From assembly GCF_030144855.1 (NCBI RefSeq), contig NC_082708.1:123628001-123692000 (forward strand): a DNA stretch of 64,000 nucleotides, in the 5' to 3' direction. The translations under genes and the position numbers were made by a program. Below the pieces are notes generated by a model. That model ran no database searches and was not told the DNA's origin. It saw only the letters and a program-made list of their open reading frames with translations. Positions 23,249 through 35,439 of this stretch are shown in pieces (position 1 is the first letter of the stretch; each line of letters starts with the position of its first letter). Source of the stretch: Hypanus sabinus (taxonomy: Eukaryota).

Positions 23249-25089
23249 CTGTTGCATAGAGATGAAACAAATGATCGATCCACAGCACACAGGAGGAAAA
23301 GATTGAACTCTTTCAACAGTATTCATTTGACACTCGTCTCCACACATTCCTCCTTTCCTGCCCCTGGCCCTAAAAGTTTGTTCATACAAGTAAAACGTGA
23401 TTATGTAAGAATCAAAGACCTGGATCAATAATCTGGAAAAAGAAATGCAAATCCAACAAAATTCCTGAGGAATTCAAATAATCAAAATAACACTCAAAAT
23501 ACTGGATTATCAAGACTCTACCAACTTAATAACTGACCTTTAAACAGGAATTGGGAATATATAAATCCAGACCATTCTCAACTAAAGTATCTACCTGCCT
23601 AGCCTTGATGGAGCTTTATCATTACAGAGAGTGTCACCAACAAAATCACCATTAACCAGAAACCTCACTGAACCGGTTGTACAAGTGCTGTGATTACAGA
23701 AACATGCCCAGAACTTAATATTTCATGCTGACTGACTCACAAAGGCACAAATCAGCAGAGCTCAGGAAAACTCTGTATTTGGCTGGATAAGCAGACCTCA
23801 CCAAAGTCAACAGCATTCAGAACAAATTAACTTGCTTAATTAACCCCCTCCATAAAGTAAGAGTGCCCCCCTTCACCACAGGCAGCACGTATTGTAGTTG
23901 CAGATGAGTTTGTCTTCTAAATATCATTAGAAACACAAGGATCAGGAGGAACGTTCTCTCCCAAGCTCAAGACAAGTTACCCAATATGGACTTCTTGACA
24001 CGTTGATGCATTCAATAAAAAAGAATGACCCATTCATTAATAGTTCATTCCTAATTTCCAAAGCATTTTTGACAGCTTGCTCCCAATTTATGTTTCCTCT
24101 GCCTCAATCTGGCAACCTAACACTTATTTCCAGATAGAATTTAGGATTATCATCAATACTCAAAAGCAGTGAGCAGAATTGTTTGCATTAATTCATACTA
24201 ACTGCCTCTTACCTACTTTTCCTCTTTCAGAGGTTTTCCATTGACAGGAACCCTTCCAAAAACATGGAAGTTGAGGTAATTGGATTGTTCTTTCTAACTT
24301 TAACCTGCTGCTACGTTATTCTACAGAGCACTCACATGCAAATCTCATACACTCACACATCAACAATCGGCCACTCTGCCAGTTAACTTACTTCAGAAAT
24401 TTTATAAGTAATGTTTTTCCCCTCCATTTCCTCCAAAAGGTGGAACAAGTACAGTTTAAAATTAAACTTTTACAAACATTTTCTCTGAAGTACAGTGAGA
24501 GAGTGGGGCCACATAACAATTCAGACATCATTTTTGTATGGAACTGTGTATACACCTTGGCCTCAATACCTTCTTGTGCAATTAGATCCTCAATTTCCTC
24601 ACTTGCAGACCCTAGTCAGTTTGGATTGACGAGGACATCTCCACAAACTCCAGCATCACAGGTGTACCACCAGGCTGTGTGCTTAGCTCCCTGCTCTGCT
24701 CTCTACACTTATGACTGTCTGGCTAAGAATAGTTCCAATGCCATTTTCAAGTTTGCTGATGTCACCGGTGTCATACGCCGAGTCAAAGGTGGTGACAAGT
24801 CAGCATATAGGAAGGAAGACTGAAAATCTAGCTGAGTGGTGCCAGAACAACTTCTTACTCAATGTCACCAAGACCAAGGAGCTGATTATTGACTTTAGGA
24901 TGAAGAAAACAGAGGTCCTCACTGAAGGATCAGAGGTGGAGAGGGTCAGCAACTTTAAGTACCTCAGTTATTATTTCAGAAGACCTGTCCTGGGGTCAGC
25001 ACGAGTGCAACTATGAGGAAAGCACAGGAGCATCTCTACTTCCATAGGAGCTTACGAAGATTCAGCATGACATCTAAAACTTGGACAAA

Positions 25090-25500
25090 CGCCTACAGAA
25101 GTAACACACACAAACTGCTGGAAGAACTCAGGCAGCATCTAGGGAAAAGAGTAAACAGACCCTTCTTCAGAACTGAGAAAGAAGGGGGAAGATGGCTGAA
25201 TAAATAGGTTGGGGGAGGAGAAAGAGGATAGCTGGAAGGTGATAGGTGAAGCCAGGTGGGTGGGAAAGGTCAAGGGCTGGAGAAGGATGAATCTGATAGG
25301 AGAGAAGAGTGGACAATAGGAGAAAGGGGAGGAGGAGGGGACCCAGGGAAAGTATAGGGAGGTGAGATGGTCAGAGAGAGGAATAGAGGAAAGTGGGGGG
25401 AGGGCCGGAAATTTGTTCACAGGAAGGAAAAATCGATATTCATGCCAGCAGATTGGAGGGTACCCAGACGGAACATAAGGGAGGGGTGGTTGAGGAGGGC
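25090..25500 (-). mobile_element. Penelope-like 3' fragment, ribozyme core deleted
   Basis: Reverse complement resembles 40230-40640; the stem II/GAAAC-GUC part is missing at about 25155. Confidence 0.7.
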
Positions 25501-26036
25501 GAATAGGGATATGTTTACTAGTAAACTTTTATAGATGTGTGGTGGAGAGCACATTGGCTAGTGGCATCACAGCTTGGTATGGAAAATCCCACATAAAGTA
25601 ATGGCTAGGGCCCAGTCCATCACAGGTAAAGTACTCCCCACCATTGAGCACATCTACAGGAAGCATTGTTAGAGGAAAGCAGCAACCATCATCACGGAGC
25701 CCCACGCCAGGACATGCTCTCTTCTCATTGCTATCATCAGGAAGGTGGTACAGGAGCTTCAGGACCCACACCAACAGGTTCCGGAACAGTTATTACCACC
25801 TCCCAACCATCAGGCTCTTAACCCAAAGAGGATAACTTCACTTAACTTCACTCATCCCATCATCAAAATGTTCCCACAACCTATAAACTCACTTTTTCAT
25901 CTCACGTTTTCAAATATTTATTGCTTATCTATTATTTTTTATTTACTTTTATATTTTACTCAGTTTGTCATCTTTTGCTCACTGGTTGAACACCCAAGTT
26001 GATGTGGTCTTTCACTGATTCTGTTATAGTTATTAT

Positions 26037-26254
26037 TGTAGCGGTGTGCTACACACAGCGCTAAAATTACGACACGGAGTCGGTAACTGCAGTTGAAGGA
26101 AAAACTTTATTTGAAATCCTCAGCCTCAACCTGCCCCCCGTGGCGCAGAGGCTCCAAAGCTCTGTGCTCGCAAACCCCCGTAGGCTATCTCCCTTAGCCG
26201 GAAAGCTGGCTAATTGTGAGCCGGTTCGGATGTGCCAGGAAATGGGTCGCCACA
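26037..26254 (-). mobile_element. Solo LTR (218 bp)
   Basis: TGTAGCG...CGCCACA termini; 4-bp TSD TTAT (26033-26036, 26255-26258); CpG-rich; AATAAA on minus strand at 26106-26111. Confidence 0.85.
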
Positions 26255-26485
26255 TTATTCTATTATCGATTTATCGAGTATGCCCACAAGAAAATGAATC
26301 TCAGGGTTGTATGTGGTAACATATATGAACTTAGATAATAAAATTTACTTTGAAATTTGTCTACAGTAGTGATGCTCTGATCAAGCTCAGTCACCAAAAT
26401 CAAATAACGTAAAGTTTAAAGAAACCATTTAAGGCTTATAAACAATTTTTCTTATAAAAATAAACTACAGAATGCTTTCACTGAC

Positions 26486-26542
26486 CTGTGCATCTATTTT
26501 AACTGCTCCTTCATCATATGTTGTGCTCTCATCTCTGTTGGC
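26486..26542 (-). CDS. ANXA5: Annexin A5 exon 8 equivalent, ANRDESTTYDEGAVKIDAQ
   Basis: tttattag acceptor, gtcagt donor; 57 nt; ANRD...DAQ linker. Confidence 0.92.
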
Positions 26543-27592
26543 CTAATAAAGATGAAGAAATATCAATTATTAGTGTATTGTCTCTCCCCACCCCCTTAGC
26601 CATGGATTATATTCATACAGCTGACTGGTAATGTTCTGTTATCACTAATGGTGCAGGAGAGGAGGAACACATTAACCACAAATTGCCGTGTGCATTTCAC
26701 AGTGAACCCCATGAGCTTCAATTCTCGCTCAGAGTGGTGAGGCTGCAAATTAATATTGTAGCACCATCCCATCTCAACACCAGCACGTACAGTCTGACAC
26801 TGTTCATCAGCACTCGATTGGATGAGGAAACAAAGTGCTCCACTTAAATACTGGGAAAGCCAGACTCATTCTGTTCAATTACCACCATTAAGTGATCCCT
26901 TGTAACAATTTCATCTATTTCCCTGAGCATTTTCTGAGAACTAATTAGAGTCACCATTCTAGGCTAAATCTAAATGTCACACCATCTCTATCATACGTCT
27001 TACATCAACGCTTTCTGCTTTAAATCCCTCAATCATTCCTTTAACAACTACTAAAATCCGCCCAGGGTCGGTTTTCTATCACAACCAAACCTACATGCTC
27101 TATTTTGTAACACACACTAGGGTCAATCACAAGCTCTTTATCTCTACTGGCTACCAGTACAGCAACAACTTAATTTGAAAAATCCAGTTTTACTACTCCC
27201 TGTGTACATTCTTACAGCCTAGCCACCAATTCAATTTCCTTCAAGGGAGGCAGTCATTTGCCCAGGCCTTAACCCCAGCAACTTTCCCCCTCTAACTGAT
27301 AATGTTACTCTCTCCTCTTCACCTCTTTGGGACACTACTTAATACCCAGCTGTGTTCCCAAGCCCAGACCCAATATTTGCTTTTGTATCTGGTTTCAGAC
27401 TTTATTTGATAATGTTCTTGTTAAGTACCCTGGGCTTTATTGAGTTAACATTCAAGTTGATGAAATGTATGACCAAAACCAATAGTAAATCTGCAATACT
27501 ATTTCCATAGCTGTGGCACTTTAAAACTTACAATAAATCCAATGTTTTGGCATTTTAAACATTGATAAACATTCATTTTTCTAAATCTCTAC

Positions 27593-27672
27593 CTGTAGTA
27601 GAATTACCAAAATCCTTTGGAAATGTCCAGAAGTATCACTGACAATAGACTCCTCCAAATCTTTGCCATATT
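27593..27672 (-). CDS. ANXA5: Annexin A5 exon 7 equivalent, EYGKDLEESIVSDTSGHFQRILVILLQ
   Basis: cttttag acceptor, gtagag donor; 80 nt; DTSG motif. Confidence 0.93.
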
Positions 27673-27849
27673 CTAAAAGGTGTTAAAAAAGATAGTTAGG
27701 ACCAAAAATTATTCTTGTGGTTCACAAGTTAAAACAACAAAACAGACAATGATGTCTGGAGTTCACTACTAATAGCAACCACCTAGACCTCACAGAACAA
27801 ATTAACTGTTTTTGCCAAAATGTATCAGCATGCATACCCCCTGTAACTA

Positions 27850-28180
27850 ATGAAAGGGCCACGGGGTGTATGTTCATGGTCTCCTGCTGCTGGAGACCAT
27901 CCACTTCAACGTTCAATATGTTGTGCGTTCAGAAATGCTCTTCTGCACACCGTTGTTGTAACCCGAGGTTGTTTGAATTAGTCATCTTCCTGTCAGCTTG
28001 AAACAGTCAGAAAGGAGTCGCCAAACCTCTCTCGTTAACAAGGCATTTTTGCCGACAGAACCTCTTGACCACATCTGCATGCTTTTATGCACTGAGTCGC
28101 TGATACATGATTAACTGATTAGATATTTGCATTAATGAGCAGCTGTACAAGTGTACCTAATAAAGTGGCCACAGGGTGTA
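27850..28180. mobile_element. Tc1/mariner-derived non-autonomous remnant
   Basis: Ends in gtgtacctaataaagtggccacagggtgta, a Tc1-like terminal repeat; only one end recognisable. Confidence 0.55.
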
Positions 28181-28667
28181 TTTCATTTGGTATGTCAATT
28201 AATAACATGGATTATGGTACAGTGCAAGGATCAAAAGCAGATTTATTAATAAGTTTTAAATCATTTTACCAAAGTGCTGATGCCAATTTTTGAAACAATC
28301 GTTTAAAGCTGGAGTACGAGAACACTTTTAAGTGAAAGGAGAAGCAGAATGTAAAATTTATAAGTCACCTAACAGCACTCAAGTTACCATCTCATGTTCA
28401 AACAATTTCAATACCCTTAAGTTGATTTAGCAACAAGAATAGTAGCCCAGCACATTAATTTTGCAGATCAAAGGCCATCCATCAGAATTTCAAGTAAGTG
28501 ACCTAAAGTGTTACTTTGTTTACTCCCTCCACAGATGCTGCCTAACCTGTTAAAAATTTCCAATATTCCAGGTTTTTATTTCAGATACTTGGCTTTCCAA
28601 ACAAATCATGTCTCACCTGCTTTTGAATCTAGTGTTATTACATATTAAATGAGGTACTAGATCAAAC

Positions 28668-28758
28668 CTTCTTTATAAGCCTGAATAATTGCTTTCAGTT
28701 CCTGATTAGTTCTTGAGGCAAGAATTTCTATCAAGCATTTTTCATCAGTTCCAGCACC
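28668..28758 (-). CDS. ANXA5: Annexin A5 exon 6 equivalent, [30 protein letters not shown]
   Basis: ctttgcag acceptor, gtttga donor; 91 nt; GAGTDE repeat-2 loop. Confidence 0.93.
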
Positions 28759-29024
28759 CTGCAAAGATACAAAACCAAATATTTGTCAACAAGTTTAGAA
28801 AAGAACAATATATCACTTATGTGCTTCAGAAACTTCAATCTGAAGTCGACCTCGACTCGGTAACAGTAAAACAGAAGTGGACTTGGCACTTGTAAAAATG
28901 TAATGAGTTGGATCGTACAATTCACTGTCGTTATCCTCAAGGGAGAAAACCTCCCACACTTTCTTGAACTTGCCCATGTGATTTCAGACAGGAAGCAGTT
29001 CATGACCCTGGACCGCACCTCCGT

Positions 29025-29281
29025 GGGGCAGCACGGTAGTGTAGCGGTCAGCACAACAATTTATAGCTCAGGAGACCCGGGTAAGGAGGTCTTCACCGCA
29101 TGGGTTTCCTCCAGGTGCTCCAATTTCCTCCCACAGTCTAAAGACGTACCCGTTGGCAGATTAATTGGTCATTGTAAATTGTCCTGTGATTAGGCTAGCG
29201 TTAAATTAGTGGGTTTCTGGCGGTGTGGCTCTAAGGCCCAGAAGGATCTGCTCCACGCTGTACCTCAACAATAAAAAAAAA
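29025..29281 (+). mobile_element. tRNA-derived SINE (V-SINE/HE1-like)
   Basis: A-box-like head, core gggtttcctccaggtgctcc..tttcctcccacagtc.aaagacgt...taattggtcattgtaaattgtcc, A-rich tail. Confidence 0.75.
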
Positions 29282-30977
29282 CAAACCTCTATCAGATCTC
29301 CCCTCAGCCTCTGTTGCTCCAGAAAAAACAACCCAAGTTTTTCCAGCCTCTCATGATAGCACATGCCCTCTAAACCAGGCAGCATCCATACACACTTTTC
29401 CACTGTCACACTTGATTGGTCCTATTCTCTCATGCCTTATCCTCTCGCTCTTCACATACTTGTAGAATTCCTTGGGGTTTTCCTTAATCCTGCTCGCCAA
29501 GGCCTTTTCATGGCCCCTTCTGGCTCTCCTAATTTAATTCTTAAGCTCCTTCCTGCAAGCCTTATAATCTTCTAGATTTCTATCATTACCTAGTATTTTG
29601 AACTTTTCGTAAGCTCTTCTTTCCTTCTTAACTAGATTTACAACAGACTTTGTACACCACGGTTCCTGTACGCTACCATCCTTACCCTCTCTCATTGGAA
29701 CGTACCTATGCAGAATTCATTGCAAATACCCCTGAACATTTGCCACATTTCTTCCATACATTTCCCTGAGAACATCTGTTTCCAATCTATGCTTCCAAGT
29801 TCCTGCCTGATAGCCTCATATTTCCCCTTACTCCAATTAAAAGTTTCCCTAACTTATTTGTTCCTATCCCTCTCCAATGCTATGGTAAAGAAGATAGAAT
29901 TGTGATCACTATCTCCAAAATGCTCTCCCACTGAGAGATCTGACACCTGACCAGGTTCATTTCCCAATACCAGATCAAGTACAGCCTCTCCTCTTGTAGG
30001 CTTATCTACATATTGTGTCAAGAAACCTTCCTGAACACACCTAATAAACTCTACTCCATCTAAACCCCTCACTCTAGGGAGAAGCCGATCAATATTTGGG
30101 AAATTAATATTTCCCACCACAACCACCATGTTATTATTACTGCTTTCCGGAATCTGTCTCCCTATCTGCTCCTTGATGTCCCTGTTACTATTGGGTGGTC
30201 TATTAAAAACACCCAGTAGATTTATTAACCCCTTCCTATTCCTAACTTCCACCCACAGAGACTCCGTAAACAATGTCTCCATAACTTCCTCCTTTTCTAC
30301 AGCCATGACACTATCTCTGATCAATAGTGCCATGCCCCCACCTCTTTTGCCTCCCTCCCTGTCCTTTCTGAAACATCTAAAGCCTGGCACTAGAAGTAGC
30401 CATTTCTACCCCTGCATCACCCAAGTCTGTAATGGCCACAACGTCATAGCTCCAAGTGCTGATCCACGCTCTAAGCTCATCCACTTCATTCATAATACTC
30501 CTTGCATTAAAACAGACATATCTCAAACGATCGGTCTGAGCGCGTCCCGTCTCTATCACCTATCTTCCCTCTCGCAGTCTACAAGCTTTCTCTATTTGTG
30601 AGCCAACCTCCCTTTCCTTAGTCACTTCAGTTCAGTTCTCACCCTCAGCAATTCTAGTTTAAACTCTCCCCAACAGCCTTTGCAAACCTCCCTGCAAGGA
30701 TATTGGTACCCCTCACATTCAAGTGCAACCCGTCCTTTTTGTACATGTCAAATCTGCCCCAGAAGAGGTCCGTGATCCAGAAATCTGAATTCCTGCTCCA
30801 ATCCCTCAGCCACGCATTTATCCTCCACCTCATTCTATTCCTCTACTCATTGTCGCATGGCACAGACAGTAATCCCGAGATTACTACTCTTGAGGTCCTG
30901 CTTCTCAACTTCCTTCCTAACTCCTCTGTTTTCAGGACCTCTTCGCTTTTCCTACCTATGTCGTTGGTACCAATATG
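29270..30977 (-). mobile_element. CR1 LINE fragment (ORF1 end and ORF2 endonuclease, internally deleted)
   Basis: YVCFNARSIMN.VDEL, PGFRCFRKDREGGKRGGG, AVLDLVLGNEPGQV, GDSDHN. Confidence 0.9.
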
Positions 30978-31846
30978 TTAATTGTTGTTTGTTATAAGGC
31001 ATAGCTAAAAGGTGCTCAACAGAATTTGGAGTTCCCTCTGAGATCGCATTTTCACGTGTGGGAGTGGACCAAGCGGGATTCTGGTGACCATCTGCTCCCA
31101 GGGAGCATCGATTAGGGGAGTGATCACCAAAAAGTAAATTTGGTTTTTGCTCTGTGTGGCCTTTCCAGGCGAGTAGAAGATACCAGGTTCTGTCCCGTCC
31201 CCGTCCTACACCCTACGATCTGGGCTGCTGTCTATTGAGTGGATCAGTTTCTCTCTCCATGATTTCAAAGCTTTCAGTCAGCAACAAGAAACATATAGTT
31301 ATCAATAATCAGATTTGACAGGTAAAGCGTGTCAGGGACATCTACAACATGAGGGACACGCCAGATTTGACCGCTAAGTGTATCAGGGATGCGCCGTATC
31401 TGCACGGTAGTGTGTCAGGGACACCAAAGATCGTCAGGAACGCATCAGTACCGGTATAATGAGTAAGAAACAGTGAGATTTGTGGAAGCTGAGCTCATAT
31501 GAGCATTGCAGATTTGTAACCGGGCAACACATCACGCAGCATCCAACAAACAAGATTTCTCCATTTGTTGGGGCCAGAAGTTGCCTTCCCCTAGACGAAC
31601 ACGTGCGGGCCGAGCCTGAGGGTCACAGTTGTGGGGGCTACCTTTGGGATTGACTCTGTTGGATGCTGTGTGATTGCCCTGAGCATTGAACCAGTGGGTT
31701 GTGTGTTTAAGTCTGTGCTGGTATGGATGCTGCTGGGGTTACCGGTAACTAATGCGTGCGTGTTGAGTGGGGTGGACATTCGTACCCCGGATGAATTGTC
31801 AATTCGATTTTTGAGTACGTTTAAAACTATTGGCAAAGTTGAGATT

Positions 31847-33011
31847 GAGTTCCACATGGAAGGTTAATTAAGAAGGTTCAGTCGTTAGGTATTAATGCTG
31901 GAGTAATAAAATGGATTCAACAGTGGCTAGATGGGAGATGCCAGAGAGTAGTGGTGGATAATTGTTTATCGGGATGGAGGCCGGTGACTAGCGGGGTGCC
32001 TCAGGGATCTGTTTTGGGCCCAATGTTGTTTGTAATATACATAAATGATCTGGATGATGGGGTGGTAAATTGGATTAGTAAGTATGCCGATGATACTAAG
32101 GTAGGAGGTGTTGTGGATAATGAGGTGGATTTTCAAAGCTTGCAGGGAGATTTATGCCGGTTAGAAGAATGGGCTGAACGTTGGCAGATGGAGTTTAATG
32201 CTGAGAAGTGTGAGGTTCTACATTTTGGCAGGAATAATCCAAATAGAACATACAGAGTAAATGGTAGGGTATTGAGGAATGCAGTGGAACAGAGAGATCT
32301 AGGAATAACTGTGCATAGTTCCCTGAAAGTGGAGTCTCATGTAGATAGGGTGGTGAAGAGGGCTTTTGGAACGCTGGCCTTTATAAATCAAAGCATTGAG
32401 TACAGAAGTTGGGATGTAATGCTAAAGTTGTACAAGGCATTGGTAAGGCCAAATTTGGAATATTGTGTGCAGTTCTGGTCACCGAATTATAGGAAAGATA
32501 TCAACAAATTAGAGAGAGTGCAGAGATGATTTACTAGGATGTTACCTGGGTTTCAGCAATTAAGTTACAGAGAAAGGTTGAACAAGTTAGGTCTCTATTC
32601 ATTGGAGCGTAGAAGGTTGAGGGGGGATTTGATCGAGGTATTTAAAATTTTGAGAGGGATAGATAGAGTTGACGTGAACAGGCTGTTTCCATTGAGAGTA
32701 GGGGAGATTCAAACTAGAGGACATGATTTGAGAGTTAGAGGGCAGAAGTTTAAGGGAAACACGAGGGGGTATTTCTTTACTCAAAGAGTGATAGCTGTGT
32801 GGAATGAGCTTCCTGTAGAAGTAGTAGAGGCCAGTTCAGTTGTGTCATTTAAGGTAAAATTGGATAGGTATAGGGACAGGAAAGGAGTGGAGGGTTATGG
32901 GCTGAGTGCGGGTAGGTGGGACTAGATGAGATTAAGGGTTTGGCACGGACTAGGAGAGCCAAGATGGCCTGTTTCCATGCTATGATTGTTATATGGTTAT
33001 ATAGTTATATG
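31847..33011 (+). mobile_element. Young 5'-truncated CR1 LINE
   Basis: ORF2 31951-32925 with a single stop (RVQR*FTRM); GVPQGSVLGP, YADD; (ttata)-type microsatellite tail. Confidence 0.95.
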
Positions 33012-33370
33012 GTAGCATGTAGTTTTGATAAAATGGTGGGCTCAGACCTTGTTTTAGTTCAGACTAGCACTGACGTAATGGCGATGGGACTGCCAGCGTC
33101 TATCGGTGCCCCAGATGAGGTGGGGCTGTGGCCTGTCCATACTGTCAGGGAGAAGATAGCCGAGCGGGCTGAGTCACAAGTTGAGTTTCCCTTAGCTGGA
33201 GGTGGAGATTTCAAAGACAGAGTTCGTTTCTGAGGAGGCTTATGGGACCCTGCAAGGAGAAAGCAGGGGAGAGCTTTCTGGGGACATTGTCCGTGCACCC
33301 GGTGCTTCAAGCTGCTTTTGAGGAAGTGCGTGGCTGTATTGGGTCAGATACCAAATTTAGACGAGGGACT

Positions 33371-34160
33371 ATATAACCATACAACAATTACAGCATGGAA
33401 ACAGGCCATCTCGGCCCTTCTAGTCCGTGCCAAACGCTTACTCTCACCTAGTCCTACTGACCCGCACTCAGCCCATAACCCTCCATTCCTTTCCTGTCCA
33501 TATACCTATCCAATTTTACTTTAAATGACAATACCAAACCTACCTCTACCACTTCTACTGCAAGCTCATTCCACACAGCTACCACTCTCTGAGTAAAGAG
33601 ATTCCCCCTCGTGTTACCCTTAAACTTTTGTCCCCTAACTCTCAACTCATGTCCTCTTGTTTGAATCTCCCCTACTCTCAATGGAAAAAGCCTATTCACG
33701 TCAACTCTATCTATCCCCCTCATTATTTTAAATACCTCTATCAAGTCCCCCCTCAACCTTCTACGTTCCAAAGAATAAAGAGCTAACTTGTTCAATCTTT
33801 CCCTGTAACTTAGGTGCTGAAACCCAGGTAACATTCTAGTAAATCTTCTCTGTACTTTCTCTATTTTGTTGATATATTTCCTATAATTCGGTGACAAGAA
33901 CTGTACACAATACTCCAAATTTGGCCTTACCAATGCCTTGTACAATTTCAACATTACATCCCAACTCCTATACTCAGTGCTCTGATTTATAAAGGCCAGC
34001 ATACCAAAAGCTTTCTTCACCACCCTATCCACATGAGATTCCACCTTCAGGGAACTATGCACCATTATTCCTAGATCACTCCGTTCTACTGCATTCTTCA
34101 ATGCCCTACCATTTACCATGTATGTCCTACTTGGATTATTCCTAGCAAATTTGGACTATT
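33371..34160 (-). mobile_element. Young 5'-truncated CR1 LINE, inverted relative to 31847-33011
   Basis: Open 221-aa ORF2 C-terminus (LVRPNLEYCVQF, RRRLRGDLIEVFKI); same subfamily as the adjacent copy. Confidence 0.95.
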
Positions 34161-35439
34161 CCTACCAAAGAGAGATTTAGCAGACTGAGGCTCTATTAAG
34201 ATAGACTTATTAGAGGACTCTGTTGCACTGGACATATTAGAGTGTGCAGTGATTTTCTGCAGTCTTTCGTCAGCGAGCGATGGAGAGAGGGGACATGAAT
34301 GGAGAGAGTTGGAATACCACCAGAGTGGATTGAAGAATGAGGGTCTGAGGGCCGGCTACGCTTGGAGGTCGACAGGAACAAATGAAAGAACAGAGAGCGC
34401 CAATGATGCGCAATAAACTGTTTCCTTAAAATGGGCCCTTTCACTTATATTCTTAACTGACCCTCGATCCAGATTAAGATTAATAAAGTTCAATCATTTA
34501 ATTACATATGGAGCTCTCCTGATATTTTGCGGTATGGATTTGTAAATGGGCAACACATCACACAGCGTCCACACAAATGAGATTTCTCAGTTTGGCTGGG
34601 TCTGAAATTGATTTCCCCAAGACGAACACGTGCTGATCAAGCCTGAGGGTTACATACTGATGGGGAACTAAAGGATGTACATCGTCCGTGGATACCAGAC
34701 AATTAAGGGCTATGATAGAAGAACTGCCCGACCCAGACGCAGGTTTGGAAAAAGCAATTCAGAAACTTAATTATTATTTTGTGTCACAAACCTAGTATTA
34801 CGGATTTGGAGACTTTAAAGAGGGTGTGATTAGGCCTTAAATTCAAATTTTATGAGGTTAAATTTCAGGGCTTTCTAGAACATCACAACAGTGCCAGGCT
34901 AGGATCTGCCACCATGCCAATTGAAGATTTTTATAAAAATATGTACAATGGATCACATGCTGCCTTTCCTAAAAAAAAGCTAATTGGTTTAAGATTATGG
35001 AGGCACAACGTAGAGGCGAATCTGTAGTATACAGAAGATATTAGAGAAAATGGAACAACATTCAGGACTGCCAAAAGAGCAGGTTATGGGACCTACAATT
35101 AGTATTATTGCAAATGGTTTTCAGCCCAAATTGCATTCTGTCCTCCCCAGACAGAGGACAGCCTATTAGGACCTGGATTTATATCAAACCTTTCTACTGT
35201 CCCTGGATGTGCCTGTAAACTTACATGGAAGAAATTTATTGTGGAAAATGGGACTGCACTCTTGATGTGTGCAGACCAGTGAGCCACTGTGGATGACACT
35301 ACTTCAGTAGCAGTCAAACTATTTTGTAGAAGTGGCAGTTTCTCACTATCAACACATCAAGGAGTTTGGAACATTCTTACGAGAGTGCCTTGAAAGCCTC
35401 TGGAGATTTCTCTAGTTTCTGTTTAGACCTACAACTCAG

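Larger units (their letters stand above)
24640..26350 (+). mobile_element. Rex1/Babar-like LINE 3' fragment, interrupted by a Penelope fragment and a solo LTR
   Basis: YTYDCLAKNSSNAIFKFAD, NVTKTKELIIDF, SGRWYRSFRTHTNRFRNSY; tail gaaaatgaatctcagggttgta shared with 47050-47200. Confidence 0.8.
31490..34654 (+). mobile_element. Old, deleted Gypsy-type LTR element with PNMA-like gag N-terminus, nested in the ERV
   Basis: Two diverged LTR 3' ends (31511-31627, 34538-34654, ending ggtcaca/ggttaca); tRNA-Pro-like PBS tgggggctacctttgggatt after the first; gag pieces NACVLSGVDIRTPDEL...GKVEI / VACSFDKMVGSDLVLV...GAPDEVGLWPV rejoin in frame across a CR1; left boundary uncertain. Confidence 0.65.
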
